Source: an uncultured Dehalococcoidia bacterium | Lineage (GTDB): Bacteria > Chloroflexota > Dehalococcoidia > Lucifugimonadales > UBA1123 | Direction: 5' to 3' | Assembly (NCBI GenBank): GCA_964537915.1 | Contig: CAZIDM010000007.1 | Location: forward strand, 8,879 to 72,878 | DNA: 64,000 bases | Shown here: positions 52,596 through 61,985 of the stretch, one piece after another | Position numbering within the stretch: the first letter of the stretch is position 1 | How the letters are laid out: each line of letters starts with the position of its first letter | Made by a program: the position numbers and the translations under genes | The notes under the pieces: generated by a model | Seen by the model: only the letters and a program-made list of their open reading frames with translations | Database searches by the model: none | What the model was told of the DNA's origin: nothing

Positions 52596-53510
52596 TCAGT
52601 CGAGGCGGCCTCTGAGCCTAGGGTCGAGATGGTCGCGTAGACCATCCCCAAAGATGTTGAATGCGAGGATGGCTATGGTGATGGTCACACCGGGGTAGAT
52701 CACCAGCCACCAGGGGGGCTTGAAGACATCGCCGAGAACTCCGCCGAGCATGTTTCCCAGGCTGGGATGAGGCGGCGGGATACCGAGCCCGAGGAAGCTG
52801 AGTGCGGCCTCGGCGAAGATGGCACCGCCGAGGCTGGCGCTGGCCACGACCATCAGGGGCGCGATGCACTGCGGCGCTACGTGCCTAATCATGATACGGA
52901 GCTGAGAGGCACCCAAAGCGCGGGCGCCCTCCACGTAGGGCATCTCCCTGACGGAGAGCACCACCAACCTTATGACCCTGGTCGTACCCGCTATTCCGGT
53001 GAAGGCTATGGCGATGATAACCGTGTATAGGCCGGCCCCGAGGCCGGCAAGTAGTAATAGGGCGAGTATCACCCCCGGAAATGAGATGAGCACATCGAGG
53101 AAGCGCTGGCTTATCAGATCGAACTTTCCTCCGAGGTATCCGGACAGAACACCCCATGAGAAGCCTACTATTTTGGCCAGGGCGACGGACACGAACGCAA
53201 CATAGAGGGATGTGCGGGTGCCCACGATGATCCTGCTCAGGGCGTCTCTGCCAACGTGGTCACTGCCGAGCAGCCGCTCCCGCGACGGGGGCTTTTGAAA
53301 GTGGAGCGCGGAGGTGTCGAGAGGGTCGTAGGGAGCGAGCTGATAAGCGAAGATGGCGACAAGTCCCATTATGATGAGTACCGCCGCGGAGGCGGCACCG
53401 GGTGGGGAGGTCCTGGTGAATCTTAGAGCGACTCCGAAGGCGACACTCCATGTCCTCATCAACGGATTGAGGACTCCCCACCTGCGGGCGTTGTCTCCCA
53501 CTTGTCTCAT
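52596..53510 (-). CDS. ABC transporter permease (DppC/OppC-like)
   Basis: From Met 213 of ORF 52596..54146. It carries the GSDHVGRDALSRI motif, an EAA-like region and a C-terminal LRD.LDPR. The upstream part of the ORF overlaps the next gene out of frame. Confidence 0.85.
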   Translation of the reverse strand: MRQVGDNARRWGVLNPLMRTWSVAFGVALRFTRTSPPGAASAAVLIIMGLVAIFAYQLAPYDPLDTSALHFQKPPSRERLLGSDHVGRDALSRIIVGTRTSLYVAFVSVALAKIVGFSWGVLSGYLGGKFDLISQRFLDVLISFPGVILALLLLAGLGAGLYTVIIAIAFTGIAGTTRVIRLVVLSVREMPYVEGARALGASQLRIMIRHVAPQCIAPLMVVASASLGGAIFAEAALSFLGLGIPPPHPSLGNMLGGVLGDVFKPPWWLVIYPGVTITIAILAFNIFGDGLRDHLDPRLRGRLD

Positions 53511-53527
53511 TTGATCTGTGGTCCCGT

Positions 53528-54487
53528 CTATCTGTAGCGAATGCGAGGGTCCAGGAACCCGTAAGCTAGGTCTATGGCAAGGTTGATGAATACGAAAACA
53601 ACTCCGTAGAGCAACACTACATTTTGGACGATGACCCAGTCGCGCTCCTGGATGCCCTTCACCAGGGCGAATCCCAGCCCGGGAACCGAGAAGGCGCGCT
53701 CCACGGCGACCGAGCCGCCGAGAAGGGCGGCCAACTGCAATCCAGAAATGGTGAGGACTGGCAGAAGGGCGTTCCTGAGAGCGTGACGGACCACCACGAC
53801 GCGTTCGGCCAGACCCTTGGAGCGCGCTGTGCGGACGTAGTCTTCGCGGAACACTTCGAGGAGCGTGGCACGGACCATACGCGCGAGTATGGCACCCATA
53901 GCCACCCCAATGACGATGGCTGGGCCAATAACTATCTGCAAGTTCTGGAATGGATTGTCCCACAGATGGACGATGCCTAAAGGAGGCCTCCAACTCCATA
54001 CAAGGACAGTGACGAGTATCACGGTTAAGCCGAGCCAGAAGCTGGGAATGGCCATGAAGAGGGTGACAAAGAAGCGGACGGTATAGTCGAGCCACGAGTT
54101 CCGCCACACGGCGGCGATGAGACCGACGGGCAGGCCAACAATCCACGAAATAACCACGGCCATGAGAGCGTACTCAACCGTGATGGCGCCGCGCCGTTGG
54201 ATGGTCTCCCTGATGGGCTTCTGGTGCCAGAAGGACTTACCCATATCGCCTCTGAACACGTCTACCATCCAGTCGAGATACTGGATGTACAGAGGTCGGT
54301 CCAAGCCGAGGTTCTGGCGGGCGGTGCGGTATTCCTCTTCACTAAGTATCCGCGCGCCGCCACCCTCGAAGTAAATGGTCTTCAGCGGGTCACCAGGTAT
54401 CACCCGCATAGCCACGAATATGAGGACAGTGATGCCAAACAGGGTTGGCACGGCCAGCAGCAGGCGCTGGATTACATAAGTTCGCAT
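53528..54487 (-). CDS. ABC transporter permease (DppB/OppB-like)
   Basis: MRTYVIQRLLLAVPTLFGITVLIFVAMRVIPGDP...YVRTARSKGL...LDPRIR. Confidence 0.9.
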   Translation of the reverse strand: MRTYVIQRLLLAVPTLFGITVLIFVAMRVIPGDPLKTIYFEGGGARILSEEEYRTARQNLGLDRPLYIQYLDWMVDVFRGDMGKSFWHQKPIRETIQRRGAITVEYALMAVVISWIVGLPVGLIAAVWRNSWLDYTVRFFVTLFMAIPSFWLGLTVILVTVLVWSWRPPLGIVHLWDNPFQNLQIVIGPAIVIGVAMGAILARMVRATLLEVFREDYVRTARSKGLAERVVVVRHALRNALLPVLTISGLQLAALLGGSVAVERAFSVPGLGFALVKGIQERDWVIVQNVVLLYGVVFVFINLAIDLAYGFLDPRIRYR

Positions 54488-54596
54488 TCTGCCACCTGCA
54501 TTACAGACGAGACACGGAAAGAGGGGTGGGCGGCGCGGGCCTTACGGCCCACGCCTATGCTTTCTTCTCAGAAAACCGCGAGCGGACACTCATCGG

Positions 54597-56384
54597 TTAC
54601 CTGTCCAACCAGGTGGTCTCCCAGCTATCGGTGTTGCTTCCAAGCGACCGGATCTGGAGGTTCAGCCCCTTCACGTAGTTGTGCCACATAGGCGACCATG
54701 CGCAGAAGCCGATGTGGTAAACTGGTGGATCTTCGTCGAGAATCTCCATGCCCTGATTGAAGAGTTCCTGCCGCCTGACGGGGTCGAGCTCACCAGCCAA
54801 CTCGTCGAGTACGGAGTCGAAATCAGCGTTGGAGTACCTAGACCAGTTCTGGTTGGCACCTGTCCTGAAGAAGTTGCTCCACATCAGATAGGGATCGAGA
54901 AGCGACCCGCCAAAGCTGTAGCCCCTGTCGAGTTCATAGTCGCCAGATGCCAGAATCTCACCGCCGGTGAACCTCTCTATTACCCTAATATCCGCGTCGA
55001 TTTTGAGGGCCTTGTTCAGCATATCGACGAAGAGTGGCGTAGCGACTTCAGCGGTGGGAGCGCCGTTCCATGTTACGATCTCGGTCTTAAAGCCGTCGGG
55101 ATAGCCGGCCTCAGCCATCAGCCTCTGTGCTTCGGCGATGTCTTCGGTCTTGTCAGCGCGGTATCCTGGCATCGTCTGGATCTGTCCCGGGTCAGTCGCG
55201 TATGGGCTCGGAACAGGTATCCAGCGAGTTACGAAGGTCGGCTCCCACACGGGCCTGTAACCGTCGATCTGGACCTGACGGCTCACGGCCAGGTGGATAG
55301 CCTTGCGGATGCGCGGGTCGTCAAACGGCGGCTTTTCGTTGTTGAACGCGACGTTATGTGACCACAGGCAGGGCGTCTCGGCTACGCTGATGTCGGCACG
55401 CTTTTGACCCTCGTCCCAAGTTCCCCTTGAAACATTGAAGGAGTAGTCGGCCTGACCAGTCAAGACGGCGGTGCCTCTTTCCGGCCAGGTTACGGCGTGG
55501 ACAACTTCAACCCCATCCAGATAGGGCAGGCCGGGTACGAAGTAGTCGGGGTTGGAGCGAAGCTTCCAACGCTCGTCCGGGGCATGGTCCTCGAACATAA
55601 ACGGGCCTGTACCGGTGGGGATCTCGATCCGCCTGAGATCGCCGTTGTTCGCGTTCAACTCCTCATCTGAGTACATCACCATGTTGCCAGCAACGAGAAT
55701 CTCGAGGAAGTATGGCGTGGAGTTGTTCAGAGAGAACTTGACGGTATAGTCGTCAATCTTGTCAACTGAGTCCACCGCAACCAGGGTGTCCTTGAGTGAG
55801 CTGGTCACGCCCTCGGGTGGATCGAGGATGCGGGTCATGTTCGCCATGACATCATCCGCGTTGAACGGAGTGCCATCGTGATAGGTCACCTTCTGGCGCA
55901 GGTTCAGGGTGAAGCCCTTCGCATCGGGGGTGCTCTCCCATGTTTCGACAAGATCAGGGACGATGGTGCGGAGTCCGTCCATGACGTTGCGCTGGACCAG
56001 CTTATTTTAAACTGGCGCGACGATGTGAATGCCGCCGCCCTGAAGTACATCGAAGGCATTTAGTGAAACGGGGATGGCCTCCCTGAATATGCCACCGCGC
56101 TGGGGATTGGCCTCGAGGGCTCTGAGTACGAATCCAGGTTCCTGCAGCTCAGGAACGGGCGTAGCGATGACCTCAACAACCTTCTCTACTTCGACGATCT
56201 TTTCTACTTCGACAGGTACTTCCCTGACGACTTCCTTCTCGACCTCGACGATCTTCTCGACCTCGACGACTTTCTCCACTACAACCGGAGTTGGCACCGG
56301 CCCCTCCGGCTCGTCACTTGAACATGCCACTAAAGCAAATCCTGCAATAGTAACAACGATCAAAGTAAGTATGAAGTGCCGCAT
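54597..56384 (-). pseudogene. ABC substrate-binding lipoprotein (family 5, peptide/nickel type) with an in-frame TAA at 56007-56009
   Basis: ORFs 56007..56420 and 54597..55982 are in the same frame: ...GGIHIVAPV-TAA-NKLVQRNVMDGLRTIVPDLVETWES.... Together they form a signal peptide with lipobox (FALVAC), a VEK-repeat linker and the SBP_bac_5 body. Confidence 0.75.
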
Positions 56385-56892
56385 AATGCCCCCTTCCCCT
56401 TTCAAAGCCGACTCGCTCACAATGGCCGAGCGGTTTGACCACTTCCCAATATGTTCGCAATACTAGTAGAGCGTTCTCAGTGTGTCAAACGGGGTGTCAG
56501 GACAGAACCTGCCCGAGATTAGTAGGAAGTAGCGCTACCGAATAGGTTAACTCGGTTGAAGGCGACTAACGCCTGATCAGTGGCTACAGGCTGCCACAGC
56601 CAGCGGCAAGCAATATGGGTACCCATCCGTTCTGCCCCTGGGTTACCGGTGGCGTCCACTCTTCCTGAAATAGTCTCTTCACGGATCTTCTCTGAAGAGC
56701 GCCCCCCTCATAAATGTAGTTATGAGCACCCTCACATGACCCCGCTGAATGCAAGAATAGTGCAATCGGGCCATTCCCTACTCTGTGGTAACCTAACTCT
56801 CACTTGCCGTACTGCACCATTGGGAAGACCTGTCCGCTTCACCGGCGGACACGACCGTCGCAATCCGCCAAGTCCACCCCCAGGAGGATCCC

Positions 56893-57723
56893 ATGCCAGA
56901 GCCTCGAGTGATCTACCTGCCCAGGCCGGGAAGCCCGATTGACGTCGACAGGGAGTTCTACGGACGTCTGGGCGAGGAGACGGAGTCCCGCAGCCTGGTC
57001 GACGAGTTCGTGGTGCCGATCCGCTCCGGCAAGGCGTGGCCGGTGCTGGCGGGCCAGATTTGCCGCATCGTCGTGGTGGAGGGCGCGCAGGTGGCCGACT
57101 TCAACGCGTGGAACCTCAACAACCCGCGCGAGCGATTCTGGGCGGCGCGCACCAAGCAGCTCCACCGGGCGCACGTGACGAAGTTCGACCGGCTGTGGTC
57201 AAGCCTCCCGTACCTGCGACCGATGCTCACCATCACCGGCGACTCGGTGGACTATGGGCTGGACGAGGACGGCGCCGGGTGTCACGACCTGCTGGGCACT
57301 CGCTGCGACCCGTACGTCCACAAGCTGCTGAACGACGAGGACTTCGACTACTGCTGCCACTCGAACCTGGTGCGGGCGGTCACTCCGTTCCACCTCAACG
57401 AGAGCGACGTCCACGACGTGCTCAACATCTTCCAGGTGACCGGACTCACGCAGGACGACCGCTACTTCGTGAAGCCCTCACCGGCGAGGCGGGGGGACTA
57501 CTTCGAGTTCTTCGCCGAGATAGACCTTCTGTGCGCGATCTCCACGTGTCCGCACGGAGACCTGTCAGTGCAGGTGTGGGGAGAGGAGGACGCCATCGAC
57601 CCAATCGAGACCTGCAACCCGCTGGGGGTCGAGGTCTACCAGCCCGGTCCGGAACTGCTGGAGGGGTGGGAGTCGCCCCCGACGATCGACTACCGGGGGA
57701 TTCATGGGCTTGATCGTGGGTGA
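56893..57723 (+). CDS. DUF1989 / urea-carboxylase-associated family protein
   Basis: VPIRSGKAWPVLAGQICRIVVVEGAQVADFNAWN...RERFWAARTKQ...LWSSLPYLRPMLTITGDS...CHDLLGTRCDPY. Confidence 0.75.
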   Translation: MPEPRVIYLPRPGSPIDVDREFYGRLGEETESRSLVDEFVVPIRSGKAWPVLAGQICRIVVVEGAQVADFNAWNLNNPRERFWAARTKQLHRAHVTKFDRLWSSLPYLRPMLTITGDSVDYGLDEDGAGCHDLLGTRCDPYVHKLLNDEDFDYCCHSNLVRAVTPFHLNESDVHDVLNIFQVTGLTQDDRYFVKPSPARRGDYFEFFAEIDLLCAISTCPHGDLSVQVWGEEDAIDPIETCNPLGVEVYQPGPELLEGWESPPTIDYRGIHGLDRG

Positions 57724-57752
57724 GGCTTCGGATGGATTGTGAGCAAGCCTTT

Positions 57753-57790
57753 TCACCCTCACCCAACCCTCTCCCTGAGGGAGAGGGGCT
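57753..57790. repeat. REP-like unit ('PSPxGEG' type)
   Basis: caccctcacccaaccctctccctgagggagagggg. Confidence 0.75.
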
Positions 57791-57829
57791 AATGTATAGG
57801 ACTTCTCAAGGAACTAGCCGGAGGGCGAG

Positions 57830-58660
57830 ATGATCGTGGTGACCGGAGCGGCGGGACGGCTGGGGCGCATGGTCGTGCAGATGATTGTGGACGGGGGCCG
57901 GGATGTGCTGGCTACGGACCAGGTGGACGCCGACGACCTCCCGGCGGAGTTCGTTCGTTGCGACCTGGTCGACGCTGACACGGCGGGGGAGATCCTCAAG
58001 GGTGCGGAGGCCGTCATCCACATGGGGGCGATCCCCGGCCCGATGCGTGATCCCCCAAGGGTGATCTTCGAGAACAACGTGGAGAGTACGTTCAACGTCA
58101 TGATGTCGGCGGCGGAGCTTGGACTGCGACGCGTGGTGTTCTCGTCCAGCGCGTTCGGCATGGGGTGGGCGCACGAGGGGGACGCATTCGTGCCGCTGTA
58201 CCTGCCGCTCGACGAGGAGCATCCCATGATGCCGTTCGAGCCATACGGCCTGTCCAAGCAGGTCGGCGAGGACATCGGCAGGATGATCGCGCGCAACTCG
58301 GACACCACCGTCGTCAGCCTGCGGTTCACGAACGTGGCGATGCCGGAGGTGATTGCGGAGTTCCCGTGGCCGGCTCCCACGCCGGAGGAGCCGCTGACGC
58401 TGGTGATGTGGGCGTACGCTGAGGCGACGTCCGTGGCCGAGGCCCACGTGCTCGCGCTGGACGCCGAGATCGAAGAGTACGAGGCGTTCATGCTCGCGCA
58501 GCCATCCAGCCGCTTCGAGGAGCCGACGGTCGACCTCGTCAGGAACAACTTCGGAGACCGCGTCGAGATACGCGAGGGCCTGGACGGCACAGCCAGCGTC
58601 ATCAGCACCCAGAAGGCACAGCGAATGCTGGGCTGGACGCCGCACCACGACTGGCGGTGA
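57830..58660 (+). CDS. NAD-dependent epimerase/dehydratase-family protein
   Basis: MIVVTGAAGRLGRMVV is the Rossmann GxxGxxG motif. Y..SK appears as PYGLSKQ. Confidence 0.85.
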   Translation: MIVVTGAAGRLGRMVVQMIVDGGRDVLATDQVDADDLPAEFVRCDLVDADTAGEILKGAEAVIHMGAIPGPMRDPPRVIFENNVESTFNVMMSAAELGLRRVVFSSSAFGMGWAHEGDAFVPLYLPLDEEHPMMPFEPYGLSKQVGEDIGRMIARNSDTTVVSLRFTNVAMPEVIAEFPWPAPTPEEPLTLVMWAYAEATSVAEAHVLALDAEIEEYEAFMLAQPSSRFEEPTVDLVRNNFGDRVEIREGLDGTASVISTQKAQRMLGWTPHHDWR

Positions 58661-58667
58661 GGGCGTG

Positions 58668-58753
58668 CCTCCCACCCTCTTCTTTGCTTTCGCTGCTCCT
58701 ATCGCCTAGTATCGACGCCATCGTGACGCGGGTACTGCCGGGAGGAGGAGACT
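58668..58753 (+). promoter_or_regulatory. conserved PTE leader, copy 1
   Basis: A pyrimidine-rich 5' part (cctcccaccctcttctttgc), then catcgtgacgcgggtactgccgggaggaggag, shared with the leaders at 61899 and 63332. Confidence 0.5.
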
Positions 58754-59854
58754 GTGGCTGCTAACGCACCGAACATGGCCGGCAAGGTGATGACTGTCCG
58801 GGGGCCGATCGAGCCGGACGCGCTTGGCCCCACCCTGATGCACGAGCACCTGTTCATCATCTTCTACAGGGGCGTGGAGATGGACGACAACACCCCGGCC
58901 ACCGACTGGTGCCTGTGGGAGCAGGAGCTCACCATGGACAAGCTGGACCTGGTGCGTGCCCGCAAGCCACTACGTGACAACTGGCTGCTCATCGACGAGA
59001 GGGCGGCCATAGAAGAGGCCATGGAGTTCAGGTATCACGGCGGCGGCGCAATCGTCGACGTCACCAGCATCGGCATCGGGAGGGACCCGCTGGCACTGGC
59101 TCGCGTGTCCCACGCCACAGGCCTCAACGTCGTAATGGGCGCGGGCTGGTACCAGAAGCTCTACCACCCCGTCGACATGGACGAGAAGACCGTCGAGGAG
59201 ATGACCGACGAGATCATCCGGGACATCACGGCTGGCGTCGCTGGCACCGGCATCCGTTCAGGCATCATCGGAGAGGTCGGCATCGAGGGCAACCCGATCA
59301 CCGACAACGAGGTCAAGAGCATCCGCGCGTCCGGCAGGGCCAGTCGCGCCACCGGCGCCGCAATCTCGTTCCACCGTGGCGGAGTTGGCCGGGAGAAGCT
59401 CGCGGTGATCGGTATGCTCGGCGAGGAGGGCGCCGACATGTCGCGTGTCATCTTCGGTCACAGCGACCCCATCGCCGGCGACCTCGACCTGATGCTGGAG
59501 CTGCTGGGCCACGGGGTCTACATCCAGTTCGATCTGCTGGGCCGGCTGGGCGCGCCACTGCGGCACGTGCCGGACGGCGACGACTTCGGAACATTCTTCA
59601 CCAGCGCCGGAACGGCTGCGGTGGCCGAGGCGATCCCCAATCTCATAGAAGCCGGATACGCCGACCGCATCCTGCTGTCCCAGGACGTGTGCGGCAAGGT
59701 ACAGCTCAAACGATACGGCGGGACTGGATTCTCCTTCATCATGGAAAAGTTCCTGCCCGAACTGCGCTCCCGAGGCGTCTCAGAAGACCACATCCAGATG
59801 ATGATGGTGGACAACCCACAGCGGATCCTGACGTTCGTAGAGCCGCGGGGGTAG
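58754..59854 (+). CDS. phosphotriesterase-family (PTE/PLL-like amidohydrolase) protein, paralogue 1
   Basis: VMTVRGPIEPDALGPTLMHEHLF carries the HxH metal ligands. IIGEVGIE...FHRGG...GHSD...LLSQD is the TIM-barrel metal-ligand series. Confidence 0.85.
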   Translation: MAANAPNMAGKVMTVRGPIEPDALGPTLMHEHLFIIFYRGVEMDDNTPATDWCLWEQELTMDKLDLVRARKPLRDNWLLIDERAAIEEAMEFRYHGGGAIVDVTSIGIGRDPLALARVSHATGLNVVMGAGWYQKLYHPVDMDEKTVEEMTDEIIRDITAGVAGTGIRSGIIGEVGIEGNPITDNEVKSIRASGRASRATGAAISFHRGGVGREKLAVIGMLGEEGADMSRVIFGHSDPIAGDLDLMLELLGHGVYIQFDLLGRLGAPLRHVPDGDDFGTFFTSAGTAAVAEAIPNLIEAGYADRILLSQDVCGKVQLKRYGGTGFSFIMEKFLPELRSRGVSEDHIQMMMVDNPQRILTFVEPRG

Positions 59855-60125
59855 ACTTTCTAACGATCACATCACGCCGACTTACGCTCGTCCAGAACCC
59901 TAAGAGGAACGACGGGAAGCAGTTCACGGCGTCCCTCCACTAGGGTCCATTACTTATCTATCTCACCGACTATCGACTATTTCTTTCACACTCACTGATT
60001 TCCTTAAACCAACTCCTCTTCGAAGAGGAGGGGTCATTTCGACGTCTATATCCTGCTACGCACTTCGCCAGTTGTTGGCGGCTCTGCTGTGCTAGGTGTC
60101 GCGTTGGGGTAAGTTGTCGACACGT

Positions 60126-60197
60126 ATTGTATGTATATTTACCATTGTATTTGATGTTTTTATTGTATGAATATTCCATATTGTATTTCCTCTTTTT
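60126..60197. repeat. four 18-bp-phased iteron-like repeats with an ATTGTAT core
   Basis: ATTGTAT occurs at 60126, 60144, 60162 and 60180, at exact 18-bp spacing. The units are otherwise degenerate and AT-rich. Confidence 0.8.
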
Positions 60198-60930
60198 AAT
60201 CCATTAGTTTTCTTCATGTTCGGTCCTTTCTTTCATCTTTAGACTAAGCTCAGATGACCAGTTATACTCAAGGCTCGTGTATCATGAGCCTATAGCGACG
60301 TATTGGGCAAAAATTCAGTTGAAAGCTGATTAAGTATAAAGTCTGTTCATTCATTAGTGCTATCCCATATTCAATACTGCATACATATATTATACCACAT
60401 GCTGTCAACTATTTACCGATTTATTGAAAGACATTAATTGATTAACTATCTATGTCTGGATTCATCTCTCTGTAGAACCACAGCTCTTTCAGACCAATTA
60501 CGCGAGGCTACTCACAAGAAGCTGCTACTACGGATGAAGCAGTGCACACAATTCACGGTTCTTAGGAAACAATTGAGCCAACAGAATGCCGCACGCAAAA
60601 GACTGACACATCGAAGTCGTATATTCGCATGGCCTCACCATTGATAGCATGGCATGCACTTCAACACGGACAGTGACCTAAGGACAATTGACCAGTTCCG
60701 CCCTCAAGACGATAGATTGAAACCGTAAGGTCAGGTCGTTCAGGCACACGTTAAACTAGGCCAGCCAAATGGCCAGTGAGTCGTATGGCAGTCGCTGGCT
60801 GCGACTCCTTCCAGCAGGTGGTACCACGGTATTAGGGTAAGATCGACGATCACCCAGGTTCCTGGATTCTCTCTCTGTTAATTTGGCGATACACTGAGCT
60901 AGCATATGCTGAATTATTCATAGGTCAGAC

Positions 60931-61566
60931 ATGCGAGGGAGTTCGTTCTTGAACTATCTGACAACATACCATCCTCTCGTAGAAACGCGTCGTGGCAGGG
61001 CCGCCATCGACACGTTCGGTTTCCCGCCGTATGTGGATGACTCATGTCGCAGGGAACCAGACTTCGAGTCTGAGTTTCCCTCAATCACTGCCTTGTGCAG
61101 AAGAAGCAAATTCGCACCGCGACTGTGGGAGTCAGACTACATTGCTTACATGACGATCAAAGGCAAGTATCCTGACCTGGATGAACCTCACTGGCGCTTG
61201 ACAGCCATCCTTAGAGTAGTGAATAGGTTCGAGACGCACCGAGAGGCAGCGAACTGGTATCAGGAGCAGGGATTGCCACTACCCAGCAATTGTATAGTCG
61301 ACGGCAACTTGCCTTTTGAACTGGAGATGACGGGCAATCGTGATAGCCACCAATTCGTGAGGTTCTGGGACGCAATCTACCGAAAACGAGTCCGTGACTA
61401 CTCAATGTTCTTGGTAACTGAACCTGAATTTCTTGAAATCACATACCCACCTATTGTGACAGAAACCATGCTGCAAGATATATTCGGTAGGGTTCCGGCA
61501 ACGCGCACTCCACCTCGCATCACTGACGAACAACTAATGGCCCTGATCGAAGCAGTCGCCATTTGA
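60931..61566 (+). CDS. hypothetical 211-aa protein in the low-G+C island
   Basis: It is the only convincing ORF in 59855-61970. No SD is obvious and no family is recognised. Confidence 0.5.
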   Translation: MRGSSFLNYLTTYHPLVETRRGRAAIDTFGFPPYVDDSCRREPDFESEFPSITALCRRSKFAPRLWESDYIAYMTIKGKYPDLDEPHWRLTAILRVVNRFETHREAANWYQEQGLPLPSNCIVDGNLPFELEMTGNRDSHQFVRFWDAIYRKRVRDYSMFLVTEPEFLEITYPPIVTETMLQDIFGRVPATRTPPRITDEQLMALIEAVAI

Positions 61567-61898
61567 GGAGTCATATTTCTGTGAAACGGTTGAGAATCCT
61601 GCCTGCCCCAGTCTTATCAAATTAGGTTACCCAGAGATCACAAGTCTTCAGTTCAACGCTGCGCTCCAGTTCGATGTGACAGATATTCACACACTGAAGT
61701 TATTCCAGCGGTACCACCTAGCTGCTCGTAGGACATGAGGAGCTGCCCGATGCTAAGTTACGAGCATAACCCCTTAGATGAACATGTTGCCCGTCTCGAC
61801 GACCTGCCTGAATACCCTGCCGAATACGCCGATTGCGTGGAGGATGGAAGCCATCTGCAAATGCTGAGTGATAACGTTGATCGGGGTCCCGTTCCCAA

Positions 61899-61985
61899 CT
61901 AGCCGTCTCCCCCCTTTGCCCTCCCCGCCCCTATCCCCTACCATCGGCTTCATCGTGACGTGGGTTCTACGTGGAGGAGACATCC
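61899..61985 (+). promoter_or_regulatory. conserved PTE leader, copy 2
   Basis: ctagccgtctcccccctttgccctccccgcccctatcccctaccatcggcttcatcgtgacgtgggttctacgtggaggag. Confidence 0.5.

Noticed and set aside
52596-54146. 516-aa version of the DppC-like permease.
   Set aside because: The first 212 residues are Arg/His/Pro-rich and overlap the upstream DppB-like gene out of frame. The real start is the Met at 53510.
56007-56009. The TAA in the SBP gene as programmed readthrough or recoding.
   Set aside because: No known bacterial mechanism decodes UAA this way and no downstream structure is apparent. A nonsense mutation or sequencing error is the simpler explanation.
56421-56892. The ~470-nt ORF-free divergent intergenic region as a riboswitch or sRNA locus.
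   Set aside because: It contains a few short hairpins, but I could recognise no known riboswitch core. It is more simply explained as two divergent promoters and leaders. It may be worth an Rfam scan, but nothing specific supports a call.
57806-58675. Two overlapping minus-strand ORFs (289 and 264 aa), and similarly 61950..62744.
   Set aside because: They are antisense to the epimerase and PTE genes, which have clear catalytic motifs.
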